From the IMG/VR virus record IMGVR_UViG_3300035042_000139: 64,000 bases of DNA, one strand, 5' to 3'. Origin of the DNA: a virus (lineage: Duplodnaviria; Heunggongvirae; Uroviricota; Caudoviricetes). Shown here piece by piece: positions 25,596 to 35,424 of this stretch. The notes below the pieces were generated by a model that made no database searches, was not told the origin of the DNA, and saw nothing but the letters and a program-made list of their open reading frames with translations. The stretch's first letter is position 1, and each line of letters begins with the position of its first letter. Position numbers and translations under genes: made by a program.

Positions 25596-27388
25596 ATTAC
25601 CTCACCAGTTGCTATATTTAAGTCACTGGCTCTATACTCGCACTCAACAACGTTAATAGAAAGACTACCTGTTGAACATGATATATTGAATCTAAAATGA
25701 TATTCTCCCGCTGCCAAGTCCATTGCAATATCCCTGACACCAGTTGAAGGGTTTGTGTATCCTTTATGGTAAATCCAAGATGAACTTGTAGTTCTTTTAT
25801 AATAAAACCTTAGCACATTATTTGAAGATGATGATGTAACATTAAATCTTACTCTCAAATATGTGGAACCATTAACAGTACTTCCTGGCCAAACCCAGTC
25901 AGCACTTCCTGGAGTATAAGTATAACCATAACATTCGGAACCTGAGCGAATTGATGATGCACTAATATTTGTGTTTATTGTGTTTTTAGTAGTACCACCC
26001 AAAACTACTGACCTACCATAAACATAAAAACCACTGGCACTTGGAGCTGAGTGGTAACAGGAATATGTTTGGTTTCTGTTTGAGTAAGAACCAGTATAAC
26101 TTCTTAACTGTTTTATAGCTGTTGTAACTTTTGGGGCCTTATCCCAGCCCAAACTTATATAATCACCGTTTTGTGCTATGCCAGACGCTACTCTTTTAGA
26201 ATAATCATGTGGTATGCTTGAACCATTTTCGTAAAATAAAAGGGAGTCATCTGAAAGTATGGAGTAATCTCCATCAGAACCTGTGGTTCTTATACCTCTA
26301 CCATCAATTGTTACACTATTTACATCAACATCCCATTCTGTAGATGCATACCCGGCAGGTATTACTCCGTTATCAAACTCAACAGGATTCCATCCATTAC
26401 TTTGTATATTGTCTGTTATCTCACATCTTACACCACTTGTAGCACCAGTAAAGAAAACCTCAACATACATAGGGTCGTAAGTTCCATTAGTTAGCAACCT
26501 AACTCCTGAGATTGAAAGAATTGAATATCTAGAAAAAGATACCATTTGAAAATCAGCATTGCCTCTTTGGTTGTAACTACAACCTAATTTGAATTCTAAT
26601 GAGTTATGTTTTCCTCCATCTGTATCTCTTATTTTGAAGGTTGCGTGAGCTCTGTCTCCTGGATTTGAAGCTATCCTGACCCAACCAGGGCCCTCAATAT
26701 CTGCTTCAAATCTGTGATTAGTGCTAACCCATTTAGATTCATCATCAGCATATTTTTTGGCGTTAGTTTCTGCTGTAGTAGATTTACTTGTAGAACCACT
26801 TACTGTTTCTAAATCTTCAGCACTTGTGTCAACACCAGCAATATTTGAGCCTACATTTATTGAGCCACTAAATGATGCGTTACCATTACTATCTATTTTG
26901 AATGTGTCTTTAGAGCCATCATTTGCTGTTATACCAGTGTTATCTATTGTGATTGAGCCTGAAGAGTTTACTAGTTTAAAAGCTCCATTTACTACAGTTA
27001 TACCTGCTGAATCTATAGTAACATCTCCACCAGAAGAAGTTATTGGGTTGCCGTCAGCATCAGTAGTAGCTATTGTAGCTTTGCCATCATCAGAAACGTT
27101 GATACCTGTTGCTGACAGCCATTCTGAATCAAAGCCATCAGTTAGAGACTGAACCCATGCTATGTAGTTTGTGTCTTTATTTAATGTTATATTTCTAAAA
27201 ATATGCTCGTACTGAGTTGTACCTCTATTTAATATATCTGTTTTTTCTGAACTTGTTTTTTGTATAATTATTGCCTCTGTGTTAGGGTCAGAGCCTTGAG
27301 GGGCTATTGCTACATTAAACCCCTCAAGTAACATTTCGTCTCCTTCCCAGGTCCAAGACACATATATATCTTTAAGTATCTTCGCCAT
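25565..27388 (-). CDS. Tail fiber / receptor-binding protein, paralog family (N-terminal anchor domain).
   Basis: N-terminal 'IYVSWTWEGDEMLLEGFNVAIAPQG...YIAWVQSLTDG' is shared with 32083.., 36998.. and 39651... C-terminal part is beta-rich and Gly/Ser/Thr-rich. Confidence 0.6.
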   Translation of the reverse strand: MAKILKDIYVSWTWEGDEMLLEGFNVAIAPQGSDPNTEAIIIQKTSSEKTDILNRGTTQYEHIFRNITLNKDTNYIAWVQSLTDGFDSEWLSATGINVSDDGKATIATTDADGNPITSSGGDVTIDSAGITVVNGAFKLVNSSGSITIDNTGITANDGSKDTFKIDSNGNASFSGSINVGSNIAGVDTSAEDLETVSGSTSKSTTAETNAKKYADDESKWVSTNHRFEADIEGPGWVRIASNPGDRAHATFKIRDTDGGKHNSLEFKLGCSYNQRGNADFQMVSFSRYSILSISGVRLLTNGTYDPMYVEVFFTGATSGVRCEITDNIQSNGWNPVEFDNGVIPAGYASTEWDVDVNSVTIDGRGIRTTGSDGDYSILSDDSLLFYENGSSIPHDYSKRVASGIAQNGDYISLGWDKAPKVTTAIKQLRSYTGSYSNRNQTYSCYHSAPSASGFYVYGRSVVLGGTTKNTINTNISASSIRSGSECYGYTYTPGSADWVWPGSTVNGSTYLRVRFNVTSSSSNNVLRFYYKRTTSSSWIYHKGYTNPSTGVRDIAMDLAAGEYHFRFNISCSTGSLSINVVECEYRASDLNIATGEVMWLAIEGGSD

Positions 27389-30300
27389 TATTGCATTACC
27401 TCCATATCGACTGAATCCGGCATATCAATTTTTACACTTCTGTTAGGGTCATAAAACGGAGACCCTCCTATTCTGTCAATTTGTTTTTGGTCTATTATCT
27501 GTGGAAAAACTAAAAGCTCATCTATATCAATAGCTCCACTTTTAATAGTTATTTTGTCGTTTGTGCTCTCAAACCAGCTGACATCATACTTATTGTTTAT
27601 TTCGTTATCAACATAGACCTCTCCATCTGAGTTGATAAATATTGTTCTAAACTCACTATCGTCTATACCTCTTCTAAATACATGCATTGTCCATTCAGTA
27701 AAATCGCTGATATCAATTTCTAAGTCTGATAGACCTAGCCTTATGCCTTGCGAGAATTTACCGCTTACTAAGATAGGTTCGTCATACAATACCAAGATAT
27801 CCTGTAGTGAAGGTGCCGGACCTTCTGTTTTGTTTATGCCTGCTTCATATAATGTTTGTGATTTATAATTTGTTCTTTTACCTATTTCGTAGAGTGTAGG
27901 AGAATCGTATGACTTTGATAAAACATCTATTATCTGAGAACTTGGCGACTGGTAATTTTTGTTTATACCAGTTTCGTATTTTGTTTCAGATTTATAATCT
28001 GAGTTTATTCCCATTTCATAGTCGCTTAATCCCGTTAAAGTATGACTAGCATATATTCTTGGGGTAAATATAGAACTAATTTGTTGCTCTCCAGTTTCAT
28101 TTGTTGCTATATCATAACCATTAAAGCTTGCAGCTATATCTATCTCTCTAGGTACATTGCTAAAAATTGCTGTTTTACTCCCACCACCTGTTATATTATC
28201 CATATCAGTATTTGTTGTTATACCATCAGGAAGTGTGTTTTCATCGTAGTGCCAAATACCATCTACGTAAAACCCTATCTCTGTTCTGTCAACACCGGAT
28301 AAGTCTTGCTGGTCTTCTATGAACCACTCTATTGTGGCTGTATAGGTGTCATAGACCCCAGTTGGTGAATCAATTGTTATGTTGGTTGAGTTGATTACTG
28401 GTGCTGTTTTGTCTATCTTATATGGCCCTGAATAATCATAGGCTGTGTTATTGTAATTATCAGTTGCCTTGATGTGTAAATACCATTCACCTTCTTGTGA
28501 TTGAGAGGTAGCAAAATTAGTAGTTGTACCCATTACAATCCATCCATCAGTAGGTTGAACAGCTGAGTTTGTCCACTTATACCATGCCTCTGCTACACCA
28601 GAACCAGCCTGGTCATCAACATTAATTACCTCATCTACATTTGTATTTAACCAATCTCTTGAATTCAAACTATAACCAACAATTGGTTCTGTAATATCAT
28701 CAGTTATCATCTCAGCATAAGTATCTTCACTGAAGTTTCCTGCCTTATCAAATACTCTTACCTTATATCTATAATTAGTATATTCACTTAAACCATCAAC
28801 AGTATAGCTTGTATCAGTATTTGAAAGCTGTATAGAAGGTTCTGTGTTAGAATCTCCATCAATATCTATATCAGCCACATAATTTAAACTGCCGTCACTT
28901 TCTTCAGTATATAGTTCTACATAATCTACTCCTGATAAGCTATCGCTATTAGTCCACTCTAAACTGAATGAGTGAGAAGTATTATTGATTAAATTAACAT
29001 TAGGTACATCAGGTTGTGTCTTATCTATATCATAAGTCCCTTGTCTGTCTATCACTACTTGGTTGTCTGAGTTAAAAGCTTTAGTATATAAGTACCATTG
29101 ACCATCCTGTGATTGAGTCAAGGGGTTAGAGGTAAATGTTTCCCAAGTGTTAGGATTAGTAGTATCTAAGCTCCACTTATATTTTATTGGAGTTTCTATT
29201 TGTACCTCTAAACTCTCTAATACAGGGGTCAAAGTAGTGTCATTAGTATCAAGAGTTTGCCTTACATCAAGAGTAGTTGGATTAGCAGGTAGGTTAGGTA
29301 TAGCACCACCATTAGTTGCTGTCTGCCAGGTTGAGCCGTTGTCAATGGAGGTTTTGATAGTAGTTAATAAATTTTCATCTACAGAGTTTACTACAGATGT
29401 TTTAGTGATAGTAATATCATCAACCCATAATGCACCTGTGTTATTTACATAATTGAATATCCAAATTCCTACCTCTGTTATACCAGCAGGAATAGTTAAT
29501 CTTCCTTCATAAGTAGTCCAACTTTCTCCTACATTAACATAACTCATATTTGAAAAGTATCGATAATTTTGATTGTTATTAGCAGTAAGACCAACATACA
29601 TGCTTGAAGTTCCTGCATCACCTTTTGCTCTTATTCTACATTTATATTCTTCTCCTTCTTCAACATTAAATCTATAATTACTTTTTATTCTGTGATAAGC
29701 GCCATCACCTGGAAAATAAACAGACTTATTGCCGTCCTCTGATGTTGTGCTTAAAGATGGATTACCCAATTCTATTATCCATTCATCAGTTAAATTTATT
29801 ATATCAAAGTTAGCTTGATAAGGATAATATTTCCAACTAATACTACTACTTGCTACATCATTAACTGCTGATAAGTCTAGTTGAGGGGCTTGGCGTGTTC
29901 CATTGTCCATTCTTTTAGCAGGTAGTTGTTGATTATATATTTTCTGTATTTGACTATCGCTTATAGCTTTTTTCTCTATCATTAATTCATCATAAATAAA
30001 ACCTGTTTCATTAGAGACACCATAATACCCTAATGCTAAATATGGTATATCTGTATCGAAATCATTAGATAAAATCCTAGTTGATGATAAACTACCATTA
30101 TGATAAAAACTAAGCTCATTACCATCTTTTTTTATAGTAATCATATTCCATTGGAAAGAATTATTATCTATATCGCAAATGTCTTGGGTTTCCCATACTC
30201 CACTACTATCCTTCTGCCAAGTTCCTAGAGAAGGGTCAGTCTTCCACCTCATAATTGTTATTGAATTATTCACATAATAGTCATTAATTTGGAGTAGTCT

Positions 30301-31203
30301 AACTGTTCTATCCGGTAATAGTGAAGTGTCCCAATCCCATTTAGCCCATAAATTAATAGTGAAGTTATCTTTTGGTATTGTTATAGGATACTTTAATTGT
30401 CCACTGCTTCTACTACCATCTACAAATGATGTACAAAAAGCTCTTTCTTCAATTTGTGCTTTCTTGAAATATATAAAGTCTGTATCAGGGTTAAATGAAG
30501 TGCCATCAGAAACTGGTCGCATATTCAAATACCCATTTTGAATTGTGGTTGAGGTATATGCAAAACCCATAGCTTGTACTAATCTATCCCCATTAGGTAA
30601 ATCAGTTGTAAAATTCCTTTCTCCATAATCTAGTGGTTCATTTACATATTTTATAGCGTCAATTTTATGGTTAAACTTTTCTGGTACATTTGTGTAATAC
30701 TGTATAAAGGCACTATACCTAACTCCTCCTGTAAAACTTACAGAAGGCAACGCCATACAATATGGGTAAGTACCACTACTCCAAGTCCCACTTATTCCAT
30801 ATTTATAATAACCACTTTCTATTCCTATATAATTAAGTGAAATGTTACGGGTTCCTCTAATTGAAGTAGGGTCTATTAAATTTGTAGTGCTAGGCTCAAC
30901 AGCAATACTTGTTCCTCCATTTCTCCCTAAACCCTCTTTATAGGTAGAAATATCAGTGGTAGGAGATATATCACTAGACCTTCCTTCTAAATTTTTACTA
31001 TCTTCATACCCACTAAAATAGTCAAATTGTTTTAACTGCAAATTATCATTAACTACCTCTACATCAGTCAGAGTTCCTTCTGAAAAACTAGCATTATCAT
31101 TGTCAACATCTATTATCCCATTAAATCCATCAGGGTCTGTTATGTTTACATTCACATCTGTATTATCCCAGTCTCTACTTGTTATATCGTAATTTAAAGC
31201 CAA
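27388..31203 (-). CDS. Large tail fiber / receptor-binding protein with LamG-like, FN3 and CBM-like domains.
   Basis: FN3 ('PDVPNVNLINNTSHSFSLEWTNSD...YRYKVRVFDKAGN'), ConA/LamG-like ('FTINLWAKWDWD...FYHNGSL') and CBM-like ('YKCRIRAKGDAGTSSMYVGL...ALWVDDITI') domains. Shares internal segments with 36998..39634 and the family C-terminal motif. Confidence 0.6.
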   Translation of the reverse strand: MALNYDITSRDWDNTDVNVNITDPDGFNGIIDVDNDNASFSEGTLTDVEVVNDNLQLKQFDYFSGYEDSKNLEGRSSDISPTTDISTYKEGLGRNGGTSIAVEPSTTNLIDPTSIRGTRNISLNYIGIESGYYKYGISGTWSSGTYPYCMALPSVSFTGGVRYSAFIQYYTNVPEKFNHKIDAIKYVNEPLDYGERNFTTDLPNGDRLVQAMGFAYTSTTIQNGYLNMRPVSDGTSFNPDTDFIYFKKAQIEERAFCTSFVDGSRSSGQLKYPITIPKDNFTINLWAKWDWDTSLLPDRTVRLLQINDYYVNNSITIMRWKTDPSLGTWQKDSSGVWETQDICDIDNNSFQWNMITIKKDGNELSFYHNGSLSSTRILSNDFDTDIPYLALGYYGVSNETGFIYDELMIEKKAISDSQIQKIYNQQLPAKRMDNGTRQAPQLDLSAVNDVASSSISWKYYPYQANFDIINLTDEWIIELGNPSLSTTSEDGNKSVYFPGDGAYHRIKSNYRFNVEEGEEYKCRIRAKGDAGTSSMYVGLTANNNQNYRYFSNMSYVNVGESWTTYEGRLTIPAGITEVGIWIFNYVNNTGALWVDDITITKTSVVNSVDENLLTTIKTSIDNGSTWQTATNGGAIPNLPANPTTLDVRQTLDTNDTTLTPVLESLEVQIETPIKYKWSLDTTNPNTWETFTSNPLTQSQDGQWYLYTKAFNSDNQVVIDRQGTYDIDKTQPDVPNVNLINNTSHSFSLEWTNSDSLSGVDYVELYTEESDGSLNYVADIDIDGDSNTEPSIQLSNTDTSYTVDGLSEYTNYRYKVRVFDKAGNFSEDTYAEMITDDITEPIVGYSLNSRDWLNTNVDEVINVDDQAGSGVAEAWYKWTNSAVQPTDGWIVMGTTTNFATSQSQEGEWYLHIKATDNYNNTAYDYSGPYKIDKTAPVINSTNITIDSPTGVYDTYTATIEWFIEDQQDLSGVDRTEIGFYVDGIWHYDENTLPDGITTNTDMDNITGGGSKTAIFSNVPREIDIAASFNGYDIATNETGEQQISSIFTPRIYASHTLTGLSDYEMGINSDYKSETKYETGINKNYQSPSSQIIDVLSKSYDSPTLYEIGKRTNYKSQTLYEAGINKTEGPAPSLQDILVLYDEPILVSGKFSQGIRLGLSDLEIDISDFTEWTMHVFRRGIDDSEFRTIFINSDGEVYVDNEINNKYDVSWFESTNDKITIKSGAIDIDELLVFPQIIDQKQIDRIGGSPFYDPNRSVKIDMPDSVDMEVMQ

Positions 31204-31222
31204 GTTAAAACCTCCTTTCTTT

Positions 31223-31513
31223 TTATAGTTCTATCATTGTTATATTGTCTGGTTTGTTTATTTTTTCTTTTTCGTCAGGGTCGTAAAATGTTGAGTTGTA
31301 ATACCTATCAAGGTCTTCATCTGTTATCATAAATGGTATCGCTATTAGTTCATCGATATCAATCGCCTCATTTTTAATCGTTACTGTTTTATCTGTTTCG
31401 TTAAATTCAAACCAACTTATATTAGTTTCTATTAACTCCTTATCAACATATATTCTTCCTTGACGCTCCTCGGGGCAAGCCCTCGAGGTTTGCGAGCAGA
31501 CTTTCATAATCAC
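31223..31513 (-). pseudogene. Remnant of a tail-fiber C-terminal domain (fragment).
   Basis: 'IKNEAIDIDELIAIPFMITDEDLDRYYNSTFYDPDEKEKINKPDNITMIEL' matches the last about 60 aa of 27388..31203. Its N-terminus is encoded by an anomalous GC-rich patch (31463-31500). Confidence 0.5.
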
Positions 31514-31671
31514 TAATAATATTTATGCTTTTTGTTTCTCCAATCTCGTATTTGCTGCTAGAATAAACAGAGAGTGAGTCATTAGTGTAATACCAGTCTC
31601 AATACTGTAGTCTAATGATAAAACTAAAACCTCCCTTCTGTTGTTAAGTATTATAAATATTACTAAACTAA

Positions 31672-32079
31672 TTACTTAACATATTCGTCATAATTTTCTA
31701 TGTGATGTTCTATATTACTTATTGTAAAGGCGGTTGTTATATTTGGTGCTGTCATCTTCCTCCAGATAGGTACAGGTGGGTCAAAATCATTATTTGGAAC
31801 ATTTAAAACCTGATTGTATGTACCTGGACTTCCATTACTGTCTAAAGCATATTCTATGTCAATCTCTCCTGCGTTTGATGTATGGTCAAAATCATTTACT
31901 GTGCTGACAACTATATTTTCGTATGTTAAATTAGGGTCATCTGAACCTATATAAATTTGTGTTTCTGATATAATAGTGCTGCCTACAACATCAGCAAGTC
32001 TTTCATGGTCTACATCTGCTTCTGTTATCTCTTGAGTACCTGCTGCATCATGATAAAAATGTAATGCCATTATATTCAC
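31672..32079 (-). CDS. Hypothetical protein.
   Basis: 135-aa acidic ORF. Confidence 0.35.
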   Translation of the reverse strand: MNIMALHFYHDAAGTQEITEADVDHERLADVVGSTIISETQIYIGSDDPNLTYENIVVSTVNDFDHTSNAGEIDIEYALDSNGSPGTYNQVLNVPNNDFDPPVPIWRKMTAPNITTAFTISNIEHHIENYDEYVK

Positions 32080-32082
32080 TCC

Positions 32083-33417
32083 TTAAACTGGTTTTATTAT
32101 TGTAATCATTTCTCCCTGGGTGGATGTGAAGTGCTTGTCAAAATGCCACAACTTACCACCTTCGGGTTTTACATTTACCTTTTTTTTCGTTGATTCGTTT
32201 ATTGTTTCGAGTATCGATTTACCTTCTGCTCCTACTGTAACACCATCAGATATGTACCCATCTTCTGCATAAATGGTTCCGTTTACAAGTAATCCTAAGT
32301 TTGGTTCGTAGTATAATCTTCCTCCGAAATCTATAATGCCGCTATCTAGGTCAACCTGAGCTCCTTTTGTTTGTGGTTCATAATTTTCTGACTGAATCTG
32401 CCCTGTCCTTACTACTCCACCAGAAATAGTTGTGTAATTTGTTGTATCAGAAGTCCAATTTTCAACAGCACCAACAGCATTTTCTGAATAAGATTTAGCG
32501 TTTTCTTCAGCAGAATCAGCTTTGCTTTGTGCCCCTGATTGTGTTTCTAAGTCATTGGTTGAAGTTGCTGTACCTCCAATTACTATCTCGCCTTCAAAAT
32601 GGGCGTTTCCGTCGGGGTCTATACTAAAGCTACCGCTTGTATGTCTAATACCGTTTTCGTCTAAAAGGAATGTTCCTCCACCAGCTGAACCATTAACATT
32701 GTCGTGATTGATGGTTGCATCACCAACATCAACATCTGTCCAACTTGCAGGACTTACTATATTGCCAATCTCTAATCCGTTTTCTGTTCTTCTTGCTGCT
32801 GCTATACCAAATCTATAAAATGTATTAGGAGCAAGTCCTTCTAATAAGTAGTACGCACTATTGCTTTCGTTTACACTAAAGCTAACATTGCTGTCTTCTG
32901 TTGTAGGCACTCCAAGACCTGAAGTATCACCCTTTTTCCAGAAAAGAATAAGCATATCTGCTTTTCTTGTCCCCTGACTATATGGTGCCCACTCGACTCT
33001 AATATCTAGAGAGCCGTTGCTGTTTTCATTAACAACTATATTGGTCGGTGTTGGCTCATTAGTTGGAGACCCTTTTGTTCTGTAATTAACAGTTTCATCT
33101 AAAAGAGCGTCGTGCTGGTCTTTAGTTGTTATAGTAGCTGTGCCGTCATCATTGGCTATAAACCCGCTGACGCTTATCCACTGACTATCTTTATTTTCAT
33201 AGATAGCCTGAACCCATGCCGTATATTCAATGCCGTCTTTTAGTGTAATCTGCCTGAATGTATGCTCAAATTTTTCCTTACCGGTTTGAGCTAATACAAC
33301 AATCTCATCAGTAGGCTCAACTCCAACAGGTGTTATTGCTACATTAAATCCAAGAACAGCATATATGTCTCCTGACCAATCCCATGTTATCTTTAAGTTT
33401 TTTATAACATATGCCAT
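32083..33417 (-). CDS. Tail fiber / receptor-binding protein paralog (N-terminal anchor domain). Appears C-terminally truncated.
   Basis: N-terminal 'LKITWDWSGDIYAVLGFNVAITPVG...YTAWVQAIYENKDSQW'. Ends 'WHFDKHFTSTQGEMITIIKPV*', i.e. stops about 10 aa into the 'HFDKHLTSTKG' LamG-like module found in paralogs. Confidence 0.55.
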   Translation of the reverse strand: MAYVIKNLKITWDWSGDIYAVLGFNVAITPVGVEPTDEIVVLAQTGKEKFEHTFRQITLKDGIEYTAWVQAIYENKDSQWISVSGFIANDDGTATITTKDQHDALLDETVNYRTKGSPTNEPTPTNIVVNENSNGSLDIRVEWAPYSQGTRKADMLILFWKKGDTSGLGVPTTEDSNVSFSVNESNSAYYLLEGLAPNTFYRFGIAAARRTENGLEIGNIVSPASWTDVDVGDATINHDNVNGSAGGGTFLLDENGIRHTSGSFSIDPDGNAHFEGEIVIGGTATSTNDLETQSGAQSKADSAEENAKSYSENAVGAVENWTSDTTNYTTISGGVVRTGQIQSENYEPQTKGAQVDLDSGIIDFGGRLYYEPNLGLLVNGTIYAEDGYISDGVTVGAEGKSILETINESTKKKVNVKPEGGKLWHFDKHFTSTQGEMITIIKPV

Positions 33418-33460
33418 TATTTCACCTCTCTATTTTTGAAGTTTGCCCCCCTTTAAAAAA

Positions 33461-33751
33461 TTAAATTTCAAAATTTTCTATATTAACCATTCTATCTCCT
33501 ACATAAACATCGGCAGAGGGTTTTTTAAATAATAATTTATGGTACCTCACACCCCAGTCCTCAAACTGCTTTTCTGTGACAAAACGCCAGTCAATTTCAG
33601 TTTCAGTACCTCTAGCTGTGAAGTACCATATAGTATTTCCTTCATCATATAATCTGTTAAACATTTTTATTTTTTCTTTTTTTGGCTTAGCATCATGATA
33701 GTTTTTCTCTTGTGTACATATAGTTCCATCTATATCTACAACATATTTCAT
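33461..33751 (-). CDS. Small HAD-superfamily phosphatase-like protein.
   Basis: 'KYVVDIDGTICT' HAD motif I. 96 aa. Similar to 11902..12297. Confidence 0.45.
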   Translation of the reverse strand: MKYVVDIDGTICTQEKNYHDAKPKKEKIKMFNRLYDEGNTIWYFTARGTETEIDWRFVTEKQFEDWGVRYHKLLFKKPSADVYVGDRMVNIENFEI

Positions 33752-33884
33752 TTATTTATAGCAAGGAAACCTCATCCTAATCTTGTCTCTGATTAGGGTG
33801 GGGAGGAATTGCGTAATTTAATATCCTTACTATTTTTTCACCATCCTTTTTTAAATATTTTGTAACATTTAAGTGTTTAAATAC

Positions 33885-33913
33885 TTGACTTTTACAACAA
33901 AATGTGGTATAAT
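33885..33913 (+). promoter_or_regulatory. Consensus sigma70 promoter (TTGACT-17-TATAAT, extended -10 TGg).
   Basis: TTGACT 33885-33890, 17-nt spacer, TATAAT 33908-33913. Confidence 0.6.
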
Positions 33914-33933
33914 AGTAGTATGAGGTGATAAAA

Positions 33934-34074
33934 ATGGAACGAACACAAGTCTCTTTACCTAAATATCTTAGAGATAAACTAGATGAAGAAGGAAACAAAA
34001 AAGGCATAGGCATTTCAGAAATGGTTCGCTATATTTTATTTCAATACTATGAAGAAAGTGATAACAATGAGTAA
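33934..34074 (+). CDS. Small ribbon-helix-helix-like protein (46 aa) inside the IS element.
   Basis: RBS GAGGTGA 33922-33928. MERTQVSLPKYLRDKLDEEGNKKGIGISEMVRYILFQYYEE... has a beta-strand plus two helices of CopG/RHH type. Overlaps the tnpB start. Confidence 0.35.
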   Translation: MERTQVSLPKYLRDKLDEEGNKKGIGISEMVRYILFQYYEESDNNE

Positions 34075-35203
34075 ATCACATATCACACTACACCACATTA
34101 AATTATTTGAACCTACAAATATTAAACGTAATGAACTAAAAAAGCTTTCTCGTAACTGGAACAAAGCTATTCGTTCAGCCCTCAAAATAATTAAACACTG
34201 GGGGCTTACTGCTTACACTAAATCACATAAGCATGTATATAGAGTTGTTAAGAATAATTACAACCTCCCTTCACAGGTAGCTATTGAAGCTAATCGTAAA
34301 GCTATGGAATCTTATAAGTCTTGTCATAAAAAGTTTAGAGATAACGTTAAGTTTAACTATCAAGTACCTGTTGATTTAGTTAAGAATAAAAGTTTTAAAC
34401 TTATAAGAAAAGATAACGGTACTAATATTATAAAGATAAGCATTGAGCCTTATAACAATATCTACGTACCTATCTCTTTAAGCAACTACCACTTAAATTA
34501 TATTAATAATGATAGGTACGAGATTAAAACAGCTGAGCTATATAAACAAGATGGTGAATGGTATCTTAATTTTATACTAAGATACGAAGTGAAAGGAAAA
34601 GAAACAGACACTCATCTTGGTGTTGACCTTGGTATTATTAATCTAGCTACGTTTAGTGTAGTAGACAGCAGTGAAAATATTTTGCATACTGAACACCTAT
34701 CAGGTAAAGAGTTAAGGTTTAAACGTATGAGATATAAAAGTAAACGTAAGCGTAAAGCTTTTAAGTCTGATAGTAAGAATACTTCACTGATTAAAGAAAA
34801 CAGAATTACTAAAGAAACTAACTGGCTTATAACTAATAGAATTATTGAGATAGCTAAAGAATATAATTCTACTATTGTATTTGAAAACCTTAAGAATATT
34901 AGAAAGAATATTACTAACGATAACAATCTAAACAACTATGAGAAAAATAGTTGGGCTTACTATCAATTAAAACAGTTTGTAAAACATAAAGCTAATCTTA
35001 ATAACTTACCTGTTGAAGAAGTTAATCCTTACAAAACATCTAAGATATGCCACGTATGTGGACAAGAAGGCATAAGAGAAACACAAAACTTGTTTGAATG
35101 TACTAATGGTCACACTTTTAATGCTGATACTAATGCCAGTATAAATATAGCTAAACTTGCTATGGGTATTGAGATAGAAAATCCTTTTGTCGATGTAGCA
35201 TAG
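34049..35203 (+). CDS. tnpB: TnpB (IS605 OrfB / IS1341-type RNA-guided RuvC-like nuclease).
   Basis: RuvC-I 'HLGVDLGIINLA', RuvC-II 'TIVFENLKNI', zinc finger 'CHVCGQ...CTNGH', RuvC-III 'NADTNASINIAK'. Likely start at ATG 34067 (MSKSHITL). Confidence 0.8.
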   Translation: MKKVITMSKSHITLHHIKLFEPTNIKRNELKKLSRNWNKAIRSALKIIKHWGLTAYTKSHKHVYRVVKNNYNLPSQVAIEANRKAMESYKSCHKKFRDNVKFNYQVPVDLVKNKSFKLIRKDNGTNIIKISIEPYNNIYVPISLSNYHLNYINNDRYEIKTAELYKQDGEWYLNFILRYEVKGKETDTHLGVDLGIINLATFSVVDSSENILHTEHLSGKELRFKRMRYKSKRKRKAFKSDSKNTSLIKENRITKETNWLITNRIIEIAKEYNSTIVFENLKNIRKNITNDNNLNNYEKNSWAYYQLKQFVKHKANLNNLPVEEVNPYKTSKICHVCGQEGIRETQNLFECTNGHTFNADTNASINIAKLAMGIEIENPFVDVA

Positions 35204-35424
35204 CTGTTTAATACAGCTTACAGAGTAATCTGTAACCCACTGTGTTTTAACATGGTGGATAGGGTGAAAAAGATTCACGAGTCAACCATCCTGTAACTTT
35301 CTTAATCCTGAATCACCCACTTGTGGGTTTAAGAAGGTGCGAAAACTTGTTAATAGACTATACTGAGTATGGTTTATTACTTAACAAGCTCCCTTCTAAT
35401 CTTGTTTTTGATTAGGTGGGAGAA
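35204..35424 (+). ncRNA. Putative omega-RNA (right-end RNA) scaffold of the TnpB element.
   Basis: Non-coding stretch of about 200 nt from the tnpB stop through the right-end hairpin (35396-35415), as in characterised TnpB/omega-RNA loci. The guide would derive from flanking DNA from about 35421 onward. Confidence 0.4.

Larger units (their letters stand above)
33775..35420 (+). mobile_element. IS200/IS605-family tnpB-only (IS1341-like) insertion element with hairpin-containing ends.
   Basis: Left end CCTAATC-TTGTCTCT-GATTAGG(GTGGGGAG) 33775-33805. Right end CTAATC-TTGTTTTT-GATTAGG(TGGGAGAAG) 35396-35424. This is an imperfect palindrome of about 30 nt in direct orientation at both ends. tnpB lies inside on the opposite strand to all neighbouring genes. 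Confidence 0.6.

Noticed and set aside
31463-31500. GC-rich patch considered as a possible structured RNA or restriction-site palindrome (contains CTCGAG).
   Set aside because: Only partial self-complementarity. It is better explained as a foreign-DNA junction within the fiber remnant, and is reported as such.
33777-34013. - strand 78-aa ORF over the IS left end and promoter.
   Set aside because: Covers the IS hairpin, the consensus promoter and the RHH ORF on the other strand. Its translation is low-complexity (SSSSLSL, YYYY).
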